The notes below the pieces were generated by a model. It made no database searches, was not told the origin of the DNA, and saw only the letters and a program-made list of their open reading frames with translations. A stretch of DNA of 64,000 bases from Sphingobacteriales bacterium (GTDB taxonomy: Bacteria > Bacteroidota > Bacteroidia > AKYH767-A > OLB10), in NCBI GenBank assembly GCA_021299095.1, contig JAJTFW010000011.1, positions 43 through 64,042 of the forward strand, written 5' to 3'. A program made the translations under genes and the position numbers. Below, piece by piece: positions 28,090 to 37,919 of this stretch. Within the stretch, counting starts at the first letter, position 1. Each line of letters opens with the position of its first letter.

Positions 28090-29340
28090 ATGACATTTGA
28101 TGAATTAAACCTGCTTCCGGAAATCCTGGAAGCGCTGAAGCAAAAAGGCTATCAGCATCCTACTCCTGTTCAGGAGAAAACCATTCCTGCGGTCATGCAG
28201 GGCCGTGATGTGCTCTCACTTGCACAAACAGGTACTGGCAAGACGGCGGCATTCGCCTTACCCATTCTGCATCGTTTGGCTACTTCTGCTCCGGCAAAAG
28301 GCGTTCGCGTGCTTGTGCTTGCTCCCACACGTGAACTCGCTATTCAGATCTACGACAACTTCAGCGCCTATGGGAAATCCCTTCCCTTCCGCATGGCCTT
28401 GCTGTATGGTGGTGTGGGACAACAACCGCAGGAGCAGGCCCTACGAAAACATCCTGCCATTGTGATCGCTACACCCGGTCGTTTGCTCGATTTACAGAGC
28501 CAGGGACACATCCGCCTCGACGCGGTGGAGATCCTGGTCCTTGATGAGTGCGACCGCATGCTTGATATGGGCTTTGCGCGCGACCTTAACAAGATTATCG
28601 CGCTGCTACCTGCCAAGCGGCAGACCATGCTCTTCAGCGCTACCATGCCGGAGGACATTCGATCCATTGCCGATAAGCACATGCACGATCCGGTGCGTAT
28701 CCAGATTCTGACCGACGAAAGCAAGAAACCGCGGATCAGACAAACCGTGTATTGGGTCAACCGCGACCGCAGGCAGGCGCTCCTGTTCGATGTGCTCGAC
28801 AAACAGACGGCGGATCAGGCCTTGCTATTTGCCCGAACCAAGCGCGGCGCGGACCGTTTGGCGCGTGTCTTGAGCAAGGAGGGGCATCCGGCCCAGTCCA
28901 TTCACGGCGACAAATCACAAAGCCAGCGGGAAAGGGCGCTGAACGATTTCAAATCGGGGCGCTTGAAAATTTTAGTGGCCACCGATCTGGCTTCACGCGG
29001 TATCGATGTGAAAGAGCTGGACCTGGTCATCAACTACGACATGCCTGCCGAAGCCGAGACCTACGTTCACCGCATTGGCCGTACGGGTCGCGCGGGCCGT
29101 GAGGGTGTATCCATCAGCTTCCGCGGATTCGATGACGGCGATGTAGAGAAAGACCTTGTAAAGAAATACGGCGCTGAACTGGCGATTATCCGACAGCATG
29201 AATTCTTACCGGACGGGGTACTTGTGCCACCGGATCCTGCCGTGATTGAAAAACACCGCGAGGCTGCCAAGGTCGCGCGCATCAAACGCAAGGAGGCCAT
29301 TGCCGGAGGCGCCAATCCTTCGGGATTTCGCCGGCGATGA
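28090..29340 (+). CDS. DEAD-box RNA helicase (RhlE-like, DECD variant)
   Basis: Q motif PTPVQ, AQTGTGKT, PTRELA, TPGRL, LDECDRMLDMGF, FSAT, SRGID, HRIGRTGRAG. Confidence 0.95.
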   Translation: MTFDELNLLPEILEALKQKGYQHPTPVQEKTIPAVMQGRDVLSLAQTGTGKTAAFALPILHRLATSAPAKGVRVLVLAPTRELAIQIYDNFSAYGKSLPFRMALLYGGVGQQPQEQALRKHPAIVIATPGRLLDLQSQGHIRLDAVEILVLDECDRMLDMGFARDLNKIIALLPAKRQTMLFSATMPEDIRSIADKHMHDPVRIQILTDESKKPRIRQTVYWVNRDRRQALLFDVLDKQTADQALLFARTKRGADRLARVLSKEGHPAQSIHGDKSQSQRERALNDFKSGRLKILVATDLASRGIDVKELDLVINYDMPAEAETYVHRIGRTGRAGREGVSISFRGFDDGDVEKDLVKKYGAELAIIRQHEFLPDGVLVPPDPAVIEKHREAAKVARIKRKEAIAGGANPSGFRRR

Positions 29341-29376
29341 GCTACCTTCGCAGGTATACCACTACGCTTTAGATCC

Positions 29377-29916
29377 ATGCGAAAACACCTGCTGATTGTA
29401 TTGCTGCTGATTACTGCTGGTATTGTCCAGGCACAACAAAATCCAATCGATGGGCCCGAGTTCTTGCGCCTGCGTGAGGCGTGTGGCGAGTGGCAAGTCA
29501 CGTTGAAATTTCACAACCAGCCCGACGGTAAGCCTGCTCAGGAATTCCGCGACTTGCGCTGTTCCATTTCGATGATTATGGAAGGACGCTATCAGGAAGC
29601 GCGTCACAGCGGCATGGTTGGCGACAAGGGACTTGAGGGCGTTTCCATCACCGGCTGGGATCCGGACAAGGGCATGTATGTCACAACCTGGACCGATAAT
29701 TTTGGTTTCGGCATCGACTATGCCACCGGTACGCTCGATACCAAAACCGGTGATCTGATTTTCCGTGGCGAAGAGCGTGATAGCAAAGGCAATCTGCTTT
29801 CCCGCACGCGCGAGGTACATCATTTGAGCGGGAAGGAATACACCATCACCATGTACCGTACCGAGGGCAGTGGTCCTGAAAAGTTGGACATGGAAGTGAT
29901 CATGGTACGGGGTTAA
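29377..29916 (+). CDS. DUF1579-like exported protein
   Basis: Signal peptide, GEW, MIMEGRY, EGVSITGWD..KGMYVTTWTDNFG. Confidence 0.7.
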   Translation: MRKHLLIVLLLITAGIVQAQQNPIDGPEFLRLREACGEWQVTLKFHNQPDGKPAQEFRDLRCSISMIMEGRYQEARHSGMVGDKGLEGVSITGWDPDKGMYVTTWTDNFGFGIDYATGTLDTKTGDLIFRGEERDSKGNLLSRTREVHHLSGKEYTITMYRTEGSGPEKLDMEVIMVRG

Positions 29917-29919
29917 GAC

Positions 29920-30258
29920 ATGCATGCCGGTGACGTAGCGACCATTGCGTCCTCTTTTCCCGGAGTAGCCGAAGTCCCACACCGTGTATCCATCCGTGCT
30001 TTCAAAACCGGAGGACGAATCTTCGCAACAATCAATCCGGAATACAATCGGTGTTGCCTGCGTTTATCAGCGGTTGACCAGTCGGTTTTCAGTTTAATTG
30101 ATCCCGATCGCATCCATCCTGTTCCCAAAGCTTGGGGCCGCTACGGCTGGACCTTGTTTTACTACGAGCAGCTCGGCGAAGAAATCATCCAAGACGCCCT
30201 GCGTTGCGCCTTTGTGAACATGGCCTCAGAGAAATGGAGGTTGAGGATGGAAGGCTAG
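29920..30258 (+). CDS. MmcQ/YjbR family protein
   Basis: FPGVAEVPH, FKTGGRIFAT, PVPKAWGRYGWT. Confidence 0.8.
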   Translation: MHAGDVATIASSFPGVAEVPHRVSIRAFKTGGRIFATINPEYNRCCLRLSAVDQSVFSLIDPDRIHPVPKAWGRYGWTLFYYEQLGEEIIQDALRCAFVNMASEKWRLRMEG

Positions 30259-30322
30259 GGAAGGTAGGCCACGGGGTGTTTTGTGGGGATTGATTTCAGG
30301 ATACCCATCTTTGCACCATCCC

Positions 30323-31549
30323 ATGAAACCCGATCGCGCTCCGGCGCTTGTCTTTGTATTCGTCACGCTGCTGATCGACATCGTCGGATTGGGAATCATT
30401 ATACCGGTGCTACCTAAGTTGATTCAAGAGTTGACGGGTGCTAGTATGGGTGATGCATCGCGTGTGGGGGGATGGATGATGTTTGCTTATGCCTTCATGC
30501 AGTTTTTATTCGCGCCGATTATTGGCGGCTTGAGCGATCGATACGGTCGCAGACCGATTCTGCTGCTGTCCCTGTTCGGATTCGGAGCCAATTACCTGCT
30601 GATGGCCTTGTCCACCCACATCGTTTTTCTATTTGCCGGACGTATGCTGGCCGGAATCGCCGGAGCCAGCTTCACCACCGCCACAGCCTACATCGCCGAT
30701 GTGAGTCCGCCCGAAAAGAAAGCACAGAATTTCGGATTGATCGGCATGGCGTTTGGAATTGGCTTCATCCTTGGTCCGGTATTGGGTGGTATCATGGGAC
30801 AATTCGGTACCCGATGGCCCTTTTATGCCGCTGCTGCCTTGGGATTTCTCAATACGGCCTTCGGGTACTTCTTCTTGCCCGAATCCCTGAAACCGGAATT
30901 GCGTCGTCCGTTCAACTGGAAGCGTGCGAATCCCATCGGGTCATTCAAAGCACTTTATAAAAACAAGTCCATCCGTGGACTCGCATTGGCGCTCGCCTTG
31001 GTCTATATCGCCATCCAATCGGTACAAAGCACTTGGTCGTTCTACACACTCTACCGGTTCGGATGGTCGGAGGCCATGGTCGGGTATTCGCTTGGAGTTG
31101 CAGGACTACTGGTGGCTATCGTGCAGGGCGGATTAATTCGGATTGTCACACCCCGCCTTGGTTCGCGCACCTCTGCCTTTATCGGATTGTGCTGCTACGC
31201 AACAGGCCTTGCCCTGTTTGCGTTCAGTAACGCCGGTTGGATGATGTTCGTGTTTCAAATTGTCTACTGCATGGGCGGATTGACGGGCCCCTCGATGCAG
31301 GGCATTATGTCGAACGCTATACCTGCAAATGAACAGGGTGAATTACAAGGGCTGCTAGCTGGCCTAGTGAGCTTAAGTGCGATTATCGGTCCACCGATGA
31401 TGAGCAATTTGTTTTCGTTTTTCTCAGGTCCTCATGCTCCGGTGTATTTTCCCGGAGCCGGATTTTTTACCGGTTCTATCCTGGTGTGCATTAGCATTGT
31501 GATTGTGAGCAGGGCGTTCCGTCGGTATTTTCGGGAGGAGAGGAAATGA
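30323..31549 (+). CDS. TCR/Tet-family MFS transporter
   Basis: LIDIVGLGIIIPVLP, motif A GGLSDRYGRRP, AYIADVS, GIGFILGPVLGG, LPESL; about 12 hydrophobic segments. Confidence 0.92.
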   Translation: MKPDRAPALVFVFVTLLIDIVGLGIIIPVLPKLIQELTGASMGDASRVGGWMMFAYAFMQFLFAPIIGGLSDRYGRRPILLLSLFGFGANYLLMALSTHIVFLFAGRMLAGIAGASFTTATAYIADVSPPEKKAQNFGLIGMAFGIGFILGPVLGGIMGQFGTRWPFYAAAALGFLNTAFGYFFLPESLKPELRRPFNWKRANPIGSFKALYKNKSIRGLALALALVYIAIQSVQSTWSFYTLYRFGWSEAMVGYSLGVAGLLVAIVQGGLIRIVTPRLGSRTSAFIGLCCYATGLALFAFSNAGWMMFVFQIVYCMGGLTGPSMQGIMSNAIPANEQGELQGLLAGLVSLSAIIGPPMMSNLFSFFSGPHAPVYFPGAGFFTGSILVCISIVIVSRAFRRYFREERK

Positions 31550-32166
31550 TACGACAACTTGATATCCTTCACATACGGGGCTTCGGCTCCCCTCAGCCAC
31601 CGGTTGGATTATTTTTCAAAATAGCTTTTCCCCTGCTGCTTTTTACGTGCTCTATGACCTCTACCGCCCAACCTTTCCGCGCACCTGCTCTTGAAGGCAA
31701 AACACTTTCGGGCATCCCTGCCGATAGTGCCTTTGTCAAGGGCAAACTGACCATCCTTTCATTTTTCTATATCGGATGCATGCCCTGCATGAAGGAGATA
31801 CCGGTGTTGAACCGCCTGAAAGACCATTTTGTGGGCCGGCCAGTTCAGATTGTGGCCGTGGCTCCGCATTCGGCACGGCAACTGAGCGCATGGAACACCC
31901 TTGATCAGACAGCCGCATACCGTACTGAACCCATTCGCTATGAAGTTCTGCCCGAGTGCCCCGACAGCCTAGACAGGCCCGGTTTTTCTCCGATTTGCTA
32001 TTCACTGTCGCGACGTTTCGGCGTAAATGCCTATCCGACCAGCGTGTTTATCGGACCTCAAGGTGATTTGCTCATGAATGTGGAAGGGTTTCCGCTACGA
32101 GAAAATCAAGATGAAACCCTGAAGGAACTGGTGAAAATGGTAGAGGAATTTCTCGGAAAACGCTGA
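31546..32166 (+). CDS. TlpA/redoxin family protein
   Basis: KGKLTILSFFYIGCMPCMKEIPVL (CxxC), FGVNAYPTSVFI; start codon uncertain. Confidence 0.82.
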   Translation: MIRQLDILHIRGFGSPQPPVGLFFKIAFPLLLFTCSMTSTAQPFRAPALEGKTLSGIPADSAFVKGKLTILSFFYIGCMPCMKEIPVLNRLKDHFVGRPVQIVAVAPHSARQLSAWNTLDQTAAYRTEPIRYEVLPECPDSLDRPGFSPICYSLSRRFGVNAYPTSVFIGPQGDLLMNVEGFPLRENQDETLKELVKMVEEFLGKR

Positions 32167-32232
32167 TTGACTGGCGCAGTCGAGTAACACGGTAGGACCG
32201 AATGGGTTATTTTTAACCCTCTCAACCTTGCT

Positions 32233-35200
32233 ATGAAAAACCTGTTCATTTCCCTGCTGTCCATCGGTTTGATGGCCTCACCCTCTTTTGCACAAACCAA
32301 GAAAGCATCCGACTCCGCACCGAAAAAAGAAGATGTGCTGAGCGAATCGACCCTTCGCGGGCTCAGTTTTCGCTCCATCGGACCTGCGGTAACCTCCGGT
32401 CGGGTAGCCGATATCGAAGTGAACCCGGTTAATCCCTCCGAATACTACGTGGCTGCTGCTTCGGGTGGTGTTTGGAAAACCAGCAATTCGGGAATCACCT
32501 ATCAGCCCGTATTTGACGGAGAAGGTTCGTACTCGATTGGTTGCATCACCCTCGACCCCAACAATCCCAATGTAGTGTGGGTAGGTACCGGCGAAAACAA
32601 CAACCAGCGCAGTGTAGCCTATGGCGACGGCGTGTATAAATCGGAAGATGGGGGAAAGAGCTGGAAGAACATGGGCCTGAAGCAATCGGAACACATCGGC
32701 ATGATCGTGGTTGATCCGCGCAATTCGAATGTGGTGTATGTCGCTGCCTATGGTCCGCTTTGGTCGCCCGGTGGAGATCGTGGAATATATAAGACAACCG
32801 ATGGAGGTCAGACCTGGAAAGCCGTACTTACAGTGAGTGAGAATACAGGCTTCAACGAAGTGCACATCGACCCGCGCAACCCGGATGTGTTGTATGCCTG
32901 CGCCCACCAGCGCCGCCGTCAGGTATTCACCTATATCAGCGGCGGACCCGAATCCGCTGTTTACAAAAGCACCGACGGTGGAGCAACCTGGAATAAGATC
33001 CAGAAGGGTCTGCCCGAGGGCGATCTTGGGCGCATCGGTATGTGCGTTTCGCCCGTGAATCCCGACATTCTGTATTGCATTGTTGAGGCCGGTGAGAAGA
33101 AGGGTGGGGTGTTCCGTTCCACAGACCGCGGAGCCAGCTGGGAGAAGCGCTGCGACAACTCCACGGCAGGGAATTACTACCAGGAAATTTTCGCCGATCC
33201 AAAAAATCCTGATAAGGTTTTTTATGTTGACTTCTGGATCAACGTATCGACCGATGGCGGTAAATCCCTTCGGAATATCGGTGAGCGCTATAAGCACGTT
33301 GACAACCATGCCCTGTGGATCGACCCAACCAATACCAACCGGATGCTGGCCGGCTGCGATGGAGGTTTGTACGAAACCTTCGATCACGGTTCCAACTGGG
33401 AGTACAAGACCAATCTGCCCATCACCCAATTTTACAAAGTAGCGGTCGACAACGCCGAGCCTTTCTATAACGTGTATGGAGGTACGCAAGACAACAATAC
33501 CCTGGGCGGACCTTCGCGTACCATCAACGCCAACGGCATACACAACATGGATTGGTATGTGACTGTTGGTGGCGATGGATTCGAGACTGTAGTTGATCCG
33601 AAGGATCCCGATATCGTGTATTCCGAGTGGCAGTATGGCGGACTGGTGCGTTACGACCGTAAAAGCGGCGAAGCACTCGATATCAAACCTGTTGAGGGAG
33701 AAGGTGAACCCGCATTGCGTTGGAACTGGGATGCTCCGATTGTCATTTCACATTTTGACAACAAGAGACTGTATTTCGGTGCCAATAAGCTTTTCCGTTC
33801 CGATGATCGTGGCGATAACTGGACAGCACTAAGCGGTGACCTTAGTCGTGGTATTGACCGCAACACCTTGCCTATTATGGGTCGCGTGTGGAGTATGGAC
33901 GCAGTGGCCAAAAACCAGTCGACCGATTTTTACGGGCAACTGGTCACCATTGCCGAATCGTGGTTCGATGAAAACCACCTGTTGGTTGGAACTGACGACG
34001 GACTCATTCACATCACCGTCGATGGCGGAAAAACCTGGTCGAAGGTTGACAAATTTCCGGGTGTGCCCGATCGTACATACGTCAACCAAATCATCGCATC
34101 GCGCCACGACCGCAACGTCTTCTATGCCACCTTCAACCACCACCGATACGGGGATTTCAGTCCCTACATCTGCAAAAGCAGCGATGGAGGAAGGACCTGG
34201 ACCAGCATCAGCAACAACCTGCCCAAGCGTGGCAGTGTGTACACCATTGCCGAAGACCACATCAAAAAAGAGCTGCTGTTCTGTGGGACCGAGTTTGGTG
34301 TGTTCTTTACGCACAACGCTGGCGGCAAGTGGACTGCCCTCAAAGGCGGGCTACCCACAATCGCCGTCCGCGACCTTGCCATCCAGGAACGTGAAAACGA
34401 CCTGGTGTTGGCTACTTTCGGAAGGGGATTCTATATCCTGGACGATTACAGCCCTTTGCGCTTGATCAACGAAGAATCGCTTTCGCGCGAAGCCCTGATT
34501 TTCCCGATAAAAGAAGGCTTACAGTATGTCGAATACCAGCGCAACGGTCATCCGCTCAAAGGATTCCTGGGAGAGAGTTTTTACACCTGTGCGAATCCCA
34601 AAGTTGCCACCACCTTCACCATTCACCTGCGCGACGACATCAAAACCATCCGTGAGATTCGCCGCGAACGCGAGAAAGAACTCATCAAGGCCAATCAGCC
34701 TGTTCCTTATCCCACTGCTGACAGCATTCGCCTCGAAGACAACCAATCCGACCCCTACCTGTTGCTCACGATTCGCGACGCAGATGGAAATCCGGTTCGT
34801 AAGCTGAAAGCAGAAGCCAAGAAAGGTATCAAGCGTATTCACTGGGATATGCGTTACAGTTCACCCGCCCCGGTCTCCTTTTATACACCTGACCCGAACA
34901 ATCCCTGGGACCAGAGCGAAACCGGAGCGATGGCGGTACCGGGTACGTACACAGTTACCCTGAGCAAAGTACACAACGGCACAATGACCGATCTCGCCGG
35001 ACCTGAAACCTTCCGTATCCGGCCGCTGCGTCTCAACAAACTCAGTCCGGAAGACAAACGTGCCTTCGATGCATTCTGCAAGAATGTAGCTGAACTCCGC
35101 CGCAATACCGGTATAGCCAATGAGCACCGCTCGGAACTTGAAAACAAACTGAAATATTTACGTGCTGCACTGCTTGAAACACCCGGCGCCGGTGCTGAAC

Positions 35201-35520
35201 TGATTCAGGATCTTGAAAAGATACGTCAGCGTTTGCAGGTACTCAACCTCCTGATGAATGGAGATGGTTCCATGGCGCGACGCGAGTTCGAGACCACACC
35301 CTCACTCAACGATCGTATCGGGACCATTGAAGGCGGCATGTGGAATACCACCAGCAATCCCACAGGTACCTACCGTAAATCGTATACCACTGCCGAGAAA
35401 CAATTGCGTGAGGCGGTGACGTCGCTCAGTGAGATTTCTGCAAGTATCGCAGTGTTCGAATCGCGCATGGATACACTCAAAGCGCCCTGGACACCCGGCC
35501 GTAAGCCGACGATAAAGTAA
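32233..35520 (+). CDS. BNR/Asp-box (VPS10/sortilin-like) beta-propeller protein
   Basis: FRSIGPAVTSGRV, repeated (S/T)xDGGxxW boxes, YGGTQDN, GGDGF, LVLATFGRGFYILDD, coiled-coil tail. Confidence 0.88.
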   Translation: MKNLFISLLSIGLMASPSFAQTKKASDSAPKKEDVLSESTLRGLSFRSIGPAVTSGRVADIEVNPVNPSEYYVAAASGGVWKTSNSGITYQPVFDGEGSYSIGCITLDPNNPNVVWVGTGENNNQRSVAYGDGVYKSEDGGKSWKNMGLKQSEHIGMIVVDPRNSNVVYVAAYGPLWSPGGDRGIYKTTDGGQTWKAVLTVSENTGFNEVHIDPRNPDVLYACAHQRRRQVFTYISGGPESAVYKSTDGGATWNKIQKGLPEGDLGRIGMCVSPVNPDILYCIVEAGEKKGGVFRSTDRGASWEKRCDNSTAGNYYQEIFADPKNPDKVFYVDFWINVSTDGGKSLRNIGERYKHVDNHALWIDPTNTNRMLAGCDGGLYETFDHGSNWEYKTNLPITQFYKVAVDNAEPFYNVYGGTQDNNTLGGPSRTINANGIHNMDWYVTVGGDGFETVVDPKDPDIVYSEWQYGGLVRYDRKSGEALDIKPVEGEGEPALRWNWDAPIVISHFDNKRLYFGANKLFRSDDRGDNWTALSGDLSRGIDRNTLPIMGRVWSMDAVAKNQSTDFYGQLVTIAESWFDENHLLVGTDDGLIHITVDGGKTWSKVDKFPGVPDRTYVNQIIASRHDRNVFYATFNHHRYGDFSPYICKSSDGGRTWTSISNNLPKRGSVYTIAEDHIKKELLFCGTEFGVFFTHNAGGKWTALKGGLPTIAVRDLAIQERENDLVLATFGRGFYILDDYSPLRLINEESLSREALIFPIKEGLQYVEYQRNGHPLKGFLGESFYTCANPKVATTFTIHLRDDIKTIREIRREREKELIKANQPVPYPTADSIRLEDNQSDPYLLLTIRDADGNPVRKLKAEAKKGIKRIHWDMRYSSPAPVSFYTPDPNNPWDQSETGAMAVPGTYTVTLSKVHNGTMTDLAGPETFRIRPLRLNKLSPEDKRAFDAFCKNVAELRRNTGIANEHRSELENKLKYLRAALLETPGAGAELIQDLEKIRQRLQVLNLLMNGDGSMARREFETTPSLNDRIGTIEGGMWNTTSNPTGTYRKSYTTAEKQLREAVTSLSEISASIAVFESRMDTLKAPWTPGRKPTIK

Positions 35521-35539
35521 TCGTACTGGTTTTATACTA

Positions 35540-36649
35540 ATGCAATCAATTACGAATAGAATAGTTCATTTGATGAAGAAATCAGCCAAGCGGACCCCGC
35601 GCCTTCCCCGCGTCCCCGCGGTGAAAATAGCATGGTTATTTTTTGTGCTATTCTTTAAATTTATTGCAAATGCAAGTGCACAAAATCCCGATGGAAGCCG
35701 CGTCAACTGGATGACCATCGAAGAAGCGGTGAAAGCCAACAAACAATCGCCCCGCCCCATACTTATGGATTTTTACACCGATTGGTGCGGTTGGTGTAAG
35801 CGCATGATGGCTACCACCTATGCCGATCCGGGATTGGCCAGTTACATTAACCAGAATTTTTATCCGGTTAAATTCGATGCCGAGGGAAAAGATACCGTTG
35901 TTTTTGCTGGTAAGCGATATGAACCCACTGGTCCGGGAGCACGGTTGAGCCATCCTTTGGCCGTTGAACTGCTGCAGGGGAAACTTATGTATCCCAGCAC
36001 CCTGTTCATGCATGCATTCACGCCCGAAAAAGAAGACTTCCAATTCAAATTGCTGGTTCCGGGGTATCTGGATAAACAGAAGCTTGAACCATTCCTGGTA
36101 TACACCATGGAGAATGTCTTTCGGACTACTCCGGCAGAAGCCTTCAGCGCCGCCTTTGACAAGGCCTTTTACGATACAACGCTATCGGAACGCATCAACA
36201 AAATGCCCTGGATTCCGGCCAAGACTGCATTCGATGGGAACTTCCAGAGCTCCCGTAAAAAGCTGGTGTTCATCCATACATCCTGGTGCAATTCATGCCG
36301 TGTGATGCAGCGTGGAGTATTCACCGATACTTCACTGACCTCTGTACTCAAACCCTTCGAGCTGATTGATTTCGATGCTGAGCTACAGGACCCCCTGTTT
36401 TACCTCGATTCGCTCTATCAACGAGATCCGTCCAATCCCTTCCCCTTTCATCCGCTGACCTTGGTGCTTACCCGTAAAAACTTCGTGCTTCCCTGCCTTG
36501 CCGTGTTGGATGAACAGGGTCGGATTCTGGATGCAATACGCTTGTATGCCAACGAGACCTTTATGAAAGACATGCTTGAGTTTTACGGCAACGATCATTA
36601 CAAGAAAATGCAGTGGGCGGAGTTTTTAAAATCAAAAGGGAAGGGCTAG
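35540..36649 (+). CDS. Tandem two-domain thioredoxin-like (DUF255-type) exported protein
   Basis: DFYTDWCGWCKRM..FYPVKFDAE and HTSWCNSCRVM..IDFDAE; N-terminal hydrophobic segment; start uncertain. Confidence 0.82.
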   Translation: MQSITNRIVHLMKKSAKRTPRLPRVPAVKIAWLFFVLFFKFIANASAQNPDGSRVNWMTIEEAVKANKQSPRPILMDFYTDWCGWCKRMMATTYADPGLASYINQNFYPVKFDAEGKDTVVFAGKRYEPTGPGARLSHPLAVELLQGKLMYPSTLFMHAFTPEKEDFQFKLLVPGYLDKQKLEPFLVYTMENVFRTTPAEAFSAAFDKAFYDTTLSERINKMPWIPAKTAFDGNFQSSRKKLVFIHTSWCNSCRVMQRGVFTDTSLTSVLKPFELIDFDAELQDPLFYLDSLYQRDPSNPFPFHPLTLVLTRKNFVLPCLAVLDEQGRILDAIRLYANETFMKDMLEFYGNDHYKKMQWAEFLKSKGKG

Positions 36650-36678
36650 TCCGTGTTTAGGTGTATCTTACAACACTT

Positions 36679-37857
36679 ATGGCCATCCACATTGGTGAAC
36701 AGGAATTACTGAGCAAGGCTGAAGCATTTCTTCAGGAAGCCTATGCTGAGCTGGGCAAGTCCGATCTACTGCAGCAGCGTTTGACCCACGTGGCGGATGA
36801 AATCGCAGCCACCGGTACCTGGACACCCGATTCGGACGAATTGATTCACGGTGCCCGCATGGCCTGGAGGAACAGCAATCGCTGTATCGGCCGCATTTAC
36901 TGGAAGAGCCTGAAGGTTGTGGATGCCCGAAACCTGGATACCCCGGAGGCTGTTTTCGATGCAATGGATGAGCACATTGCCTATGCCTTCAATGAAGGCC
37001 AAATCCGCTCAGTTATCACTGTGTTCAGACCGAAGCGCGACCAGGATGAATTCGCCCCCCGAATTGTCAATCACCAGTTGTTGCGCTTTGCCGGTTACAC
37101 ACAACCCGACGGCACTTGTTTGGGCGATCCCGCTGAGCAAGAGTTCACCAAGCATTGTATGTCGTTAGGATGGAAAGGCGAAGGAACTGCATTTGATTTC
37201 CTACCCTATGTACTGCGTTGGCCCGGGTTTCCGGAGCAGTGGAGGATGCCCTCCATCCCGAACGGAGTGCGTGTACCGATTGTGCATCCCGAGTTGGATT
37301 GGTTCGAGTCCCTCGGACTTCAGTGGTATGCGGTCCCCATCATTTCGGAGATGATGCTTGAAATCGGGGGTATACAGTTCACCGCTGCGCCCTTCAACGG
37401 ATGGTATATGGGAACGGAAATCGGAAGCCGGAATTTTGGTGATATCAACCGATACAACATGCTGCCGGCCATCGCCATCCGCCTGGGACTTGATATGGCA
37501 AGCAATCACGGCTTGTGGAAGGACCGGGCCATGGTGGAGTTGAACCGGGCGGTTATTTACTCCTTCGAGAAAACCGGTATGCGCATTACCAACCACCACG
37601 AGGCCGCCGAACTTTTTGTGCAGTTCGAAGAAAGCGAGCGCAAGAATGGACGGGATGTGCATGCCGATTGGGTCTGGATCACTCCACCCATGAGTGCCAG
37701 CATCACGCCGGTTTACCACAGGTTGTATGATAATACTGTGAAGGGCCCCAATTTTTATTATCAAGATCCCTGCATCGGCAAACTCCGATTCGACATCACT
37801 CCCGGATGTCCGTTCCATGCGGCCAGTCTGCAGGCTACCGCGCAGAAACCCGAATGA
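36679..37857 (+). CDS. nos: Nitric oxide synthase oxygenase (stand-alone bacterial type)
   Basis: GARMAWRNSNRCIGR (heme-ligating Cys), NHQLLRFAGY, WYAVPIIS, PFNGWYMGTEIG (substrate Glu), LWKDRA, NHHEA, DWVWITPP. Confidence 0.95.
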   Translation: MAIHIGEQELLSKAEAFLQEAYAELGKSDLLQQRLTHVADEIAATGTWTPDSDELIHGARMAWRNSNRCIGRIYWKSLKVVDARNLDTPEAVFDAMDEHIAYAFNEGQIRSVITVFRPKRDQDEFAPRIVNHQLLRFAGYTQPDGTCLGDPAEQEFTKHCMSLGWKGEGTAFDFLPYVLRWPGFPEQWRMPSIPNGVRVPIVHPELDWFESLGLQWYAVPIISEMMLEIGGIQFTAAPFNGWYMGTEIGSRNFGDINRYNMLPAIAIRLGLDMASNHGLWKDRAMVELNRAVIYSFEKTGMRITNHHEAAELFVQFEESERKNGRDVHADWVWITPPMSASITPVYHRLYDNTVKGPNFYYQDPCIGKLRFDITPGCPFHAASLQATAQKPE

Positions 37858-37919
37858 TCGAACCGTCCTGATCGGTTCTCCTGTTCATTTTCATAACTTT
37901 CCAATTCAAAAAAATTCCG

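Noticed and set aside
30323-31549. TetA-like transporter as an acquired resistance gene
   Set aside because: No tetR or mobile element nearby, and the composition looks like its neighbours. Substrate cannot be inferred.
32278-33543. Long antisense ORFs (421 aa here; also 4117-5358, 1397-2263, 50756-51589)
   Set aside because: They shadow well-supported sense genes and have no recognisable motifs, as expected from codon bias.
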